Source: Podarcis tiliguerta | Lineage: Eukaryota | Length of the DNA: 64,000 bases | Strand: one strand, 5' to 3' | NCBI GenBank assembly: GCA_965153285.1 | Contig: OZ229117.1 | Translations under genes and position numbers: made by a program | Notes under the pieces: generated by a model | Told to the model about the DNA's origin: nothing | Databases searched by the model: none | What the model saw: only the letters and a program-made list of their open reading frames with translations | Part shown: piece after piece, positions 13,031 to 24,540 of the stretch | Position numbering within the stretch: position 1 is the first letter of the stretch | Layout of the letters: the number at the start of each line of letters is the position of its first letter

Positions 13031-14646
13031 GTCAAGGTATCATAGGACTGGTTTGTGCCCTTTACTTGATTGCTCAGCCCTTGATTTGCAGCCAAATGTG
13101 CACTCTCTCTCCACCCCAAAGCAGAGTGTCTGATGTGATAGGAACCTCATCTGAGGCTCATTCATGCATGAGAAGTCATCACTTGATGACGCTGCAGCCA
13201 TCAAGGGATGGACCGTGCTCATGCAATATGTGGACCCGCCTTAAGTCTATATTGCTCATATCTAAATGCCATTGTTTTGATATCCCCTGCAGGTACTCCT
13301 CTTCCATTGGATCCCAGAAGACTTCTTGTCATTCATGACTGGAGTTGTGTCCAAGCTACCTAAGGAGGAACTTCAGAACTGATTTGGTGTTTCAAACCAA
13401 AGGCTCATTTGGCCCTCATTTCAAGGATTCGCAAGATGCTTCCAAAACTCCAGCCACAGGGCACACCACCTCTTGTTTGTCCACTTCTATCTCTTCCACA
13501 AAGATGACAATTTCTTACAAATGAGGTATCTAACGAGCATCTTCAGCTATCGCTGTGTGGCTTGCATGATCCCGAATTACTTCTAAAGCTTGAGTTTCCT
13601 AAGTAGTGCTTGCATTTCCAAAGGCACACAGAAGGGAAAATCAGGCAAAGCTCTGAGAAGGAACTATTACAAACAGGCTCAACGTTTGGTCCATAAAATC
13701 AAAATAAAGTTCACTAGTTCTTGGCACCCTCTAAAGAAGAAAGGGATGAAGGAACCCTGACCCTTTTGCGAAATTGGGGGGGGGGGGAGAGATTTGTGGG
13801 GAGGAAACAAGCAGCAAAGCATGGTGATCAAAAGCAAGGAAGATCTATGTTGCTTGGAAGATGAGGACATCAAGAGGACTGGACAGCACTAGAGAGCTTG
13901 GCCCAGTCATAAAAGTGGGCAGGAGTTATGGAATTTCATTTTAATTTTATAAATCAGTGCCCTGGCATAATGCTATGGGAGCTAGCTTCCTATAATACAT
14001 GCAACCCACACCCATCACCTTCCAGGTCCAACGTAAATGACCCCAGTAGTGAACATGCAGTTCACAGCAGCTCAAATGTTTGCTGTACAACACCATATCT
14101 TATTCTAAGAACATGAGCAAAAATGTGGATTTGGGAAGCCAATGACCACTCAAGATTGAGCCAGTAATCCAATGGTTTTTGCGTTTTGGTTTCTGTATAT
14201 GTTAGCACATGGGTTATCAGAAACGCATCCTTTGAACCAGAAGCAACGGAGTGTTCTTGACAATGCTATGAGAGTGTGTCATCCAGTTGCTAATTAACCA
14301 CAACCATGCTGGATCAGAGGCATTATTGCAAATGTCTTCAGCTGAGCATACCCTATATCCACACGCCATGGGCTCTTAAACATACATTAGGCGTTCTTCT
14401 TATAGATGCCATTCAGGACTTCCATGTGGATGTTTTAACAATAATTGAAATTAGGAAACAGAATGGGTTGTTCAAGCAGGAGGAGTGGGTGACTGGGTGG
14501 CAGACCCTGCAAGTGAAACTTTACTAAGGAGAGTCCAAGGCCTCTCAGCGACCTTTGGAGGATTAGAATTATCTTGGATCTTACCAGCTGGAAGTAGAGA
14601 AAGCATGTTATATCTGAATTCTATTATTAGACAATGTCTCTCTTAC

Positions 14647-14649
<3 letters not shown>

Positions 14650-14690
<41 letters not shown>
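14650..14690. repeat. (GA)n microsatellite
   Basis: Direct sequence. Confidence 0.95.
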
Positions 14691-14695
<5 letters not shown>

Positions 14696-15639
14696 CTCCT
14701 TCTCTCCTACCTTCCCTCTTTGTTTTGTTTTAACAATGTCATGGTCACTCAAGAGCAAAATTTGAGTGCTCAGAGCTCATGGAAACAGAGGCACTACCAT
14801 CCTAAGAAAAGCATCGTTGGTGGTTTTTCAACACCAGTGAATTTGGCTGCTCTTAAAGTTTCTTCTGGCAATTTTGGGAAACCTTGCCTTGGGACGAAGG
14901 TGTAGCTAAGATGCCATTCCCCCCCTCATCTTGAAACAAGGAAGGTGCTCACAATGATGGTTATTTAAAGCGTGTTGTCATGTGTATCAGGGGCTTCAGT
15001 CCAGAACAGAATGTTGAAAAGGGATTCTGTCCATAGAAGTGTCGATAATGGAGTACATTAGTAAGTACAGTAGAAAAAAGACCTCTCCAAAAAAAGGGGG
15101 GAAGGGGGGTCTTTGGATGGCACACAAAAACCCTTGGAGGGCCAGATAAGACTAGTGGGTTGTGTTAGCTATCCCAGCTGTAGTTTGCACAAATGCTCAT
15201 TGAAGGGTGAGACAGGAGGTGAATTAAGCCTTCACTCTGTGATTTGCACTACAGTGCTCAAGCCTCACACAACAACAGATGATGTAAAATATACTTCACC
15301 AGTAAGTGAATTTAAAAAAAAGAAAATTCCTCAGAGACACACAGAGAGTCATAATGTCCCTATACCTTGTTCCTGAAGAGGTAGGTTAGTGCTACGTGTG
15401 CAGGTGTGCTATTGTACACAAAAGGGCAAAGGGCATTTCTGTGGCTGCCTGGATATGCCACAGGCCAAAGGGGTGTGTGTGTGCTTGTGTGTGGATGTGG
15501 GTGTGTGCAAAGTGTGCTTCCTGGCAGTCCCTGTCTGGTTCCATGTACCGGGACATGCAAGAGCGATTCCAGATGCACAGAGAGCACCATGCTTGAATTT
15601 CAATTTCATCGCCTCACAATCAGCTCCAGCCTCCTCTTA

Positions 15640-15900
15640 GTGCCACATTAACGAAGCCTGCTCGTTTGAGTGCATAATTAGCCCAAGTCTTCTACCTCGC
15701 TAATTTTGAAGCAGGAGGAGAGTGGAAGCAGGAGGGGGGGGAATGGGCCTTGGAATTTGCATATTAATTTAGCAGAGGGAGGAAAAAAATTGTTTACCAC
15801 TTGCTTCTCGGTGTTGATCACAGAGGACTTAACTCTTTCACGGGCGCCATCTGGAGCTGTCGCGCTGGGTGCTGCCTGGAAACAGCCCGTGCAGCGAGGC
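15640..15900. promoter_or_regulatory. Candidate enhancer with POU/homeodomain/FOX motifs and a CTCF motif
   Basis: TGCATAATTA 15671-15680; octamer ATTTGCAT 15755-15762 abutting ATTAAT; TGTTTAC 15791-15797; minus-strand GCTCCAGATGGCGC 15844-15857. Confidence 0.5.
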
Positions 15901-18039
15901 TCAGGGGTTATCTGGGATCTCAAAATATTTCATGCAAGCCCAGCCAGGAACTTATGGAGGGAAAAGAGAACAGCAGCTTTAAAATGTAGTAACCAACACA
16001 ATAGGTTTTTTTTTTTTTTATCCGTTGCATAGAATGCTGGAGGTGGAACAGAGAAGCTCATAGTGAGGAATCCGTGTGCTCCATGTGGGATCTGTCCCTC
16101 ACACTGCTGACCCTCAGGCCTTTGCTCCTCTCCAGAGCCCAGTTTTACCTTATGGACTTCCCAGGGAAGAGACCAATTCCAAGCTGCCAGGAGCCTGTGC
16201 AAATGCAGCCTGCAGAGAAAGTATAATTGACGGCACATAGGAGGAAAACTGGGTGTGGATGGTGGGGCGGGGGGGAACGAAGGGAGGGAATGCTTCATTC
16301 CCGTGCACACCAGGGAATCCAGGTCAGGAACAGTTAATGCTGCAGACAAAGGCGTTTGCTACATGATTTGTCTTCTCTGAAAACAAAGAGCATTAAAGCT
16401 CTTCTGCTTTGAAGTGTTTAAGGCAATCTAGTAAAGCGAGACTTCAAGGGGGTGCAGTGCAGGGGGACCGAACCTCTTTGGAGCTCCAGATGCACAGGGA
16501 GCATGAGTCTGGTGGGCTGAAAAAGATGCACATTGAATGGTAGTATAATGTGATCTGAAGAAGCAGATATGTGGGACCATTTGGGGAGTTTCATGGGGGA
16601 AAGGATAAGAGACTGAAGCGGGGATTGGGGATCCAGACAAGCCAGGCACTAAGGGAACTTCCTAACAACTGGTTTTATTGAGCTTGCAGGGAAGCTAGAT
16701 GACAGTGGTGATTTAATGAGCACTCACTCTGGTCTGTTTGCAGGAAGATAATGTTGCATCGAAGTAAATGTTATCCCACACTTCCCACTGCATTTCCCCA
16801 TCACTTATTGCAAAAAGCCCGATCTTTGGAGTTGGTAGTGCAACTATAACTGTACCACCTCTGAATTTGAATAAATCCCACCTGAAAATAGTGAGTCTGG
16901 AAGCACCCTAAGCCTTGATGTAGTCTCTTCTTCCCCTCTCCCCATTATATTTATGACGCAGCCTGTACACTTCTGGAAGCAAAGTTAGCTCTCCCAGCTG
17001 CATGCCCACACTTCCAGGGAACCAGGCAAGTTACCAACACATGAATATGTTATATACAGAGTTAGATCACTTTTTGTCCATCTAGCTCAGCATGGCCTGC
17101 TTTGCCCATCAGTGGCTCTCCAGGGTTTCAGGAAGAGGAAAACTTTCTGCCTCAACCTACTAGCTGATCCTTTTAACAGGTGATGCTGCAGAGTGAACTT
17201 GGACCTTCTGCCTGCAAAATGTAAAAATAGTCCAGCTGGATCAGGGTCCCTGTAGTCTAGCATGCAGTTGCTCTGTGTGGCCAACCAGATGCCTGCAGGA
17301 AGTCTGCAAGCAGGACCTCAGTGCAACAGTGCTCTCCCCATTTGTGATTTGAAGCCAATGGCATTCAGCAGCATGGTGCCTCTGACGTTGGAGGCATCAC
17401 ACAGCCCTTGTGGCTAGTAGCCACTGGAAAGCCTGATTGATCTTCCATGAATAGGTCTAATCCTCTATTAAAGCCTTCCAAGTTGGTGGCCTTCACTACC
17501 TCTTGTGGGAGCACATTTCCTAATTGCAATTATGTGCTGTGTCATAATTTCCTTTGACTGCCCTGATTCTTCCGGCATTCAGATTCAATGGATGTCCCTG
17601 AGTTCTGGTGTTAAGAGAGTGGAAGAAGAAGTTATCCCTATCCATTGACATCCTTCTCCCCCTCTGTGCATCTGTCTCATCCACTTTTAAAGCCGTCCAA
17701 GGAAGTGGCAATCACTATTTATTATTGTTATTTTTAAATTAGATTTATATACTGCCCTTCATCATAAGATCTCAGGGCAGTTCACAGAATAAAATACAGG
17801 ATTAAAAACAAGTAAATGATTAAAACAAAACAGCAAAACAATGACAATAACTATGCTCTATCATCAAGCCTTACAAACAGACCTTACAAACAGCTCATTA
17901 CTTTACTTTCCACAGGGAGAGAAACCTTTTCACACCCAGCTAAAAATGCTGTGCTGTTAACATCTTGTTCTTAATGGAGCTCTTGGACTCTGTTCACATG
18001 TTTTCTGGAATTCTCACAGCCCAGAGGAGATAGAATCAT

Positions 18040-18310
18040 TCCATCACCCTCGAAAGTTCAGGGGATGGTGGCACAGGAGAGGACATTCTCTGTGGCAGCC
18101 CCTCACCTGTGGAATTCGCCTCCCCCCAGAGATGCATCTGGCACTGTCATTGTGTTGCTTCCATCACATGCTGAAGACACAACTCTTTACTTTGTCCTTT
18201 GATGCCTTTGAGGTGTATGTTTCTTGTGAATGTGGTTTGTTTCAGACTGTTTTAATTACATTTTCAACTGTTGCAACCCTCCCTGGGACCTTAGAGGGAA
18301 GCATGGTTAG
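18040..18310 (+). mobile_element. L2 LINE 3' fragment
   Basis: ggacattctctgtggcagcccctcacctgtggaattcgcctcc...ctgaagacacaactcttt, matching the L2 ORF2 end (FSVAAPxLWNxLP...LKTxLF). Confidence 0.7.
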
Positions 18311-18821
18311 CAAAGTTAAAGAACAACAAAAACACCCCTTGTTAACCTGGACAGACACTTGCTCAGCCCTCTATAGCGATGACTTTTGAGTCTCTAAAAT
18401 GGTTCTGAAAAGCTCTGAGACGGCAGCGCTTTCCAGGGTCCTGAATTTCACCAAATAGCTTCATTTAGTGGAGATACCTGACCTTAGCTTGGATGCTGTT
18501 ATATCAATTCTGGGGAAACACTTTCTCTACAGAAGCAGTGAAACAGAATAAAACAGATGGACATCCAGTAGCTTCTGCACTACTACCTACCTTTGAAGGG
18601 TGAAAGGAATTAATTTGGATTTATAGTATTCATATTGCAGTTCAGAGACTTGGGTCCACCCAATGAATCCAAAGGATTCACATGTCAGTATCCAAATAAC
18701 AAGGAAGACTACCTAGTTTCAGGCACAAGTGACACAGATCAATCACCACCCAGACTTCTAATCTAGCCACAATTCTAATGGCTTCATCTCCAAAAGGATA
18801 TACAGAGTTAAACAAATTTTA

Positions 18822-19172
18822 GGAACCAGAGGTGATATGATAGCCATATTCAAATAACTGAAGGGCTGTGACATGGGAGATGGAGCAAGCTTGTTTTCTG
18901 CTGCTCTGGAGAGTAGGACCTGAACCAATGGATTCAAATGACCAGAAGGAAGACTCCAATTTAACATTAGGAAGAACGTTCTGGTGGTGAGAGCGGTACG
19001 TCAGTGGAATGGAGTACCTTGGAAGGTGGTGGACTCTCCTTCATTGGAGGTATTTAATATGGGATAATATAATCAGGGATTCTTTAGCTGTGATTCCTGC
19101 ATTGCAGGAGGTTGAACTAGAAGATGCTTGAGTTCTCTTCCAACACCACAATTTTCTGATTCTATTATTCTG
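18822..19172 (+). mobile_element. CR1 LINE 3' end
   Basis: RGDMIAIFKxLKG-type coding relic and 3'UTR ending in a degenerate (attctatg)n tail. Confidence 0.85.
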
Positions 19173-19203
19173 TGGACATCAAGATTGTATGCCATCTTGG
19201 TGA

Positions 19204-19565
19204 TGGGCCATGACTCATTGATAAAGGGCACATCCTTTGCCTACAAAAAGTGCCAGGCTAAATCCCCAGCATCTCCAGGTACACTAGGAAGGACTTCTGC
19301 CTGAAACCTTGGAAAGCCACTACTAGTGAGGGTCAACAATACTGAGATAGATGGACCAATGATCTGACTCATTATAAGGCAGCTTCGGATGCTCATGTGC
19401 TGGCTAAAAAAGGGAAATAGAGCAAAGCAAACCAGACTAGCAAATATATTTTTTTCCAGGGTGGAAGTCCCTGGTAAAGCATGGCATCACAACAATATAT
19501 AGAATATAGAAAATACAGAGCTAGATGAACCAGAGGTCTGACTCAGTATAAGGCAGCTTCCTATG
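19204..19565 (+). mobile_element. tRNA(Ala-like) SINE plus a second tail fragment (19512-19565)
   Basis: gggccatgactca...aatactgagatagatggaccaatgatctgactc...aaggcagcttc. Confidence 0.7.
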
Positions 19566-21319
19566 CAAATGCTCACTGTGCTTTTGGCCAGGCACTTTCT
19601 GTTAGAGGGGTGGTGGTGGTGCAGAAAAGGCCCCGTGGCTCATTGCAGAAGATAAGGCACTGCTTACAGTCCGGGGCTGTTTTGAGCTGCATGTGATGGA
19701 GAGGGGAGAGAGGGGGAGAGAGAGAGAGCAGAGCCTGCTACACAGCATGGAGCTGGTTTGAGGGAGCTGCAAGCAGGGAGGGAGCACAGCAGCTTGTCTC
19801 CCAGGCTCCCCGCTGTCTCTTGCTCATCCGAGTGAGCCGAGATGGCTCCCTTTGTTTGGAATCTGTGGGCGTCTCAAACTGGGCTTGGCAATAATTTGTC
19901 TGTCTCCTGCAGCTGGCTGTCATTTCACATCTGTGAACCGGTTTCATTTGCACCGTCATTAAAAAAGAAAAAGAAAAAAAGAAAACCCACCACCCAGCAA
20001 TACATACACCAGGTTTGACAGGTAGTTTTTAAAAAAGAAAAAGCAAAAAAGCTTCGGCTTCCGCCGCTTCCCAAGTGAAGCAAAGGAAGAGCCAGGAGAG
20101 ATCTCAAGGCAAGGAGTGGGGAGTGTTGGTTGGCAGGGCTTCAGAGCAGGCCTAGATGGCAGAGGGACCAGAAACTGAGGCAGGTTCCACTCATGGGGAT
20201 GCTGGAGACTTTGACAGGTACTGAGCAGGCATGGGCAAACCAGAAACATGGAAAAGAGAAGAGAAGATGGGCAGGAGCTGCCACTAGAGAGCAGCAGAGA
20301 ATCAGGACCTCTCTGGGCAATGTAGGCACAAATCGGGCAGCGATTCTATGCTTTCTTGGGAATAAGTCCCACTGGACTCAGCAGTGGAGCCATTGCAGGA
20401 CAGAGTGCTGCAGAATAAATGGATGCAGTTAGGAGAGCCTTTAGCAATGGAGGAGGTCCTTCAAAGCTATAGGGCAGGGGTGGGTAACCTGTGGCCTTCC
20501 AGATGTTGCTTGAGTGGGAGGGGGGCACTCGCCGGGAATCAGTTTGCTAGGAACCGCAGGAAGGGAGAGTGCCCTTGTGCTTGGGTCTTCTTCCCAGAGA
20601 ACAGGATGCTGGCCTAGATGGGCCCTTGGCCTGATCTAAAAGGCTCTTCATATGCTGCTGCTGCTGCAAAAATTGGAGTACAACTCCCAGCCAACATGGT
20701 TAGTTGTAGTCCATGATGGCATATTGTAGTCCAACAGCATATGGAAGGCATCAGGTTGGGGGAAGCTGCAAGGGAGGGTCTCCCTGTTCCTTCCAAGGAC
20801 ATCCTTAACCGAGGAAGACTCTCCTTCTGCACCACCCTGCTGACTTAAAACCCCTGGTTTGGATATTTGTGCCAAACTGTTTTAAAAACTGACAGCTGCT
20901 CCAGTTTAGTGTTGTTTTCTCCTGTTTTGTTTAATTGTTTGGCTTAAACAGAGTTGTCATATAAGCTTCTATTTTTACAGTGTCGCTTTGCAGGGGATGT
21001 TTTTGGCCAGAAAGCAGAAAATACAAATAATAATAATCACCAAATATATGCAGGGAGGAGAAGAGCAGCTTTACTCAGGCTGCTCTTGATTTCCCTGGGA
21101 TGGTTCTGCAGGCACAAGGTTGCTCTGGGAATTTAGTCCTCCCACAGGAGCTGAGTCCCAACAGAAAGTCAAGCATAGCTGGGATGGTGCATAAGGAGCA
21201 CACCATCTTGTCACATAAAAAGCATGGTGGATACAAACTGGCTATGGAAAGCACCTGACAGAGGGCATAAGGGGCGACCACCGTGCTTGGGAAGGGGTTG
21301 CTCTCACTTTTGATGCAAC

Positions 21320-21745
21320 TAGGGAGGGGCAATCAATCAGTTGCCGTTTCTCGCATTTTAAGGCAAACCCACTTAATCTGCATGTTCTAAAGCAATGTGT
21401 GAACTGAAACACAGTCATCCTTCAAAATTTGCACTTTTTCAGATTTTGCAATGCAGCTGTCCTGCCAACAAACATGTACAAAAATGCATTTAACAGGGTA
21501 ATGTGTGCATAATAATGCATGCATTAGTGAAAATCACACACAAAAGGGAAACTGCTTTGCTTAGGGGAAAATTGCACACAAAGATGTGTCTATCTGGAGA
21601 AATTTGCATTAAAATGCTGGTGAATTTTCAATAGGTTCCCCCCCCCCCCAATTGCAAACTGATGTGAAAATGCGGAGGACCAACCTTAAGGTTGGGAAAA
21701 TGAGAAACGGAAAAAAACTGAAATGGACAGATTTACTCATCCCTA
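21320..21745 (-). mobile_element. AT-rich non-autonomous DNA element (hAT-like)
   Basis: Termini tagggagggg ... catcccta; same family as 31617-32169. Confidence 0.75.
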
Positions 21746-22274
21746 GGTGAGTGTGCTATATAAATAAAACCACTGCCACCACCTGCCATCATCTGATTCT
21801 TTTCACTAGATGGGACAGGATCTGAACCCAGGCCTTCCTGCCTGCAAAGCAGGTGGGCTGCCACTGAGCCACAGGCCCACCCTGAAGCACCACATAACTT
21901 CTGCAGAAATTAACCCAGCACAGTAGAAGACCAGGCTCCTGGTCCTTCAAGAGCTGATCAGGAGAGTGAATTTTGGAAGGTGCAGCTTTTCCCACCAGCG
22001 CAGCGCTACGACACAGCAAGCTGCACCTACCAGAATCCCCTCTTCTACCCTGTTGCTAAGGATACAGCTGTCCGCTGTTGCTAAGGAGACATTGTTGCAT
22101 CAGTCCATCCTACCATTGCAGCTGACAAGCAACAAGCCCTTCCGTGGCTTCATTAGCCCCTTTCTCAGTGGCCCTTTGCTCCATTGCAGGCTTGCTTGCC
22201 AAACACCACCCACGGCTTCTTCTATGCAGGCAAAAGCGTCCCGGCTGCCCGCCCTGTTTAGAGGGCCTTGGCCC

Positions 22275-22445
22275 ACCAAGGGTTAACCAGTGATTACTGC
22301 CTTTGTCTCTGCATCAGTGTACATAATGCACTGCTCATTTGCATACTGCAGTGTGCGCTCAATTAAAATGAACTTTTAATTTCTTCTAAGTAAATTACTT
22401 CTTCCCGGTACGTGACGCGCACAAATGTCAGAATAATGGGGGAGC
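22275..22445. promoter_or_regulatory. Candidate conserved non-coding element (SOX, octamer, homeodomain palindrome)
   Basis: CTTTGT 22301-22306; ATTTGCAT 22337-22344; AATTAAAA-n5-TTTTAATT 22361-22381; CpG cluster cccggtacgtgacgcgc. Confidence 0.5.
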
Positions 22446-23940
22446 CTTGATGAGTTTGGGAAGCAGAACGAGGCAGGGATACAAGCTGTTTTTAAGGGGG
22501 TGGGAGGTAATCTCCCTACCTCTCCCCCCCCCCATTTTTTTTAATCCCCACATTGTAAAGTTGGGGAACAGCTGAGTGTAGCAGGGGGGTGGAGGGGTTG
22601 TGTGCAGCCAGCCTAGTAACTTTCTTCTCTTGCATTCTGCTGTCGTGGGGTTTTATAGGAATCTTCTGCAGGGCAGCGAAAGAAGAAGTGTTATTACACG
22701 AACATATGTGCCTGCCTCCTGCAGGAATTTATCCCCAAGCTCTGAGCATAATTTCAGCACATGTCTCTCTGCTCACCCACAGAAAATCTCCCCCCCTGAT
22801 TTGAAGGAATGGTTCCAGGGAGGTGAGGGGAGGCAGGGGAAGGCAGAGACATCAAGAGGCAGCTGGCTACTAGACCTTTCCACTGGGGACTCCTTCAGCC
22901 TTCACTGGAAGGCCAGTGAAAACAAGAACAATCCCTTTCCAATGTAGCATCCCCTGGCAGCAACAGAAGAAGGTAGTCACAGCAAGCTTCAGCAGGAACC
23001 TTGGTCCATCAAGCTCAGTATTGCCTCTACACCAGAGCGGTCCAACGTCTCAGATCAAGTGGGCCACAAGAGGAACCCACGAGCTGCACTGAACAAAACT
23101 TCCATATCACAAATTAAGGTGTTCCCAATATAGCTAACACACATAGTTAATATAGATTTAATTGAATATATATAATTAAATACACTCAGTGTATTTATTT
23201 ATTAAAAATGCTTTCGTTAGCAACACAGGCATTGAGTCCCTGTCAGGATGAAAAGGTGGAGTATAAATAAGCACAGTCCGTGAAGAAGCAGAGAGCAGAG
23301 AGTGGGTTGAGGGCTGTGGCCACCTCATTCTCCTCACCTCCCTGTTCATACTGGAAAACTGAATCTGTCCCAGAGAGGGATGACTTCAGCTGCTATTGGG
23401 GCCTGTTGCTTTGCCTTTTATGCACAACTGCCCTTGAGTTGCTGATAGTTTGGTTGTAGGGCTTTAGTTGTAACTTCTCTCAGTCTTATAAGGCATTCTC
23501 AGATTGCCCCAAAGGGCAAGAACATGCAATATAACTGGAATTAATAACAAAACAAGTTTTTGTTTTTGACAACACCTTGAACACACATATTAAGGCAGAA
23601 GCTTCCATTGACTCTTGAGCATTATTATTCACTGGTGTCAGAGGCATACTGCGTCTGAAAGGGGAGATACAGGTCATAGCCATTGGTATCTACCCCTGAA
23701 TTTGTCTATTGCTCTTTTAATTGGACATCTTGTGGGACCAAATATCATAGTTTAACTACGTACTGTGTGAAGAAGTGCCTTTTTTTGACTGTCCGGAATC
23801 TTCCACCACTTCATTGGATGACCCCTTCAGGTTCTGGTATTCAATAAATAAAAACAACAAGAAGAAAACATTGTCTTGGTCTACTTTCACCAGACATGCA
23901 TAATTTTATACACCTCTCCTGCTTCCCCTCTTACCCTTTG

Positions 23941-24399
23941 CGTGGCAATACCCGCCCCCTCCCACATGAGTAGAAATAAAGACACAGACACCAGAATTAA
24001 GGTTAATGGGCATAAATGGCCACAACTTTATTGATTACAGGGAAGAGAGGAATTGGCTTTTAGGCATTGGCCCTAACCAACTATCCGGTCTGACCGGGAA
24101 GGGTTAAACACCAACAGGGGGAGCCCCCCGAGATGTACATCCGTAGGCGCCCCCCCAGGGGTTACCGCTCGGGGGCGCGCTTTAGGCCCTAGCCTCCGTA
24201 GGTTTTGGACGAGGCGACGCCCCTCGGAGTCCTTTAACGAACTACCCTTCATGATATGGGGGAGGTGATGGCGCTCCTCCCCCCCGACCACATTTGCATG
24301 ACAATACCCCTGCCAATGCCTAACCGCCAAAACCGGGAAGTTGTGACGTTTTGCTACGAGGTAGGCGAAAAAACCAAGAGGCTTCAAAACGTAGCCACT
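23941..24399 (-). mobile_element. Young CpG-rich solo-LTR-like insertion, 4-bp TSD TTTG
   Basis: TTTG at 23937-23940 and 24400-24403; inverted ends gtggc/gccac; minus-strand AATAAA near 24027; interrupts a CR1 fragment. Confidence 0.7.
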
Positions 24400-24540
24400 T
24401 TTGCTATTCACTAGGCAGAAAATGTCCCATGACATTCCCACTGAAACAACTGTAACTGTCTTTCTGTTTGTGTGTGTGTGCGTGCACATGCGTGCGAGTG
24501 TGTGCTCACGCCTGCTTGTGCCCATGCCCTTCTGTATGCA

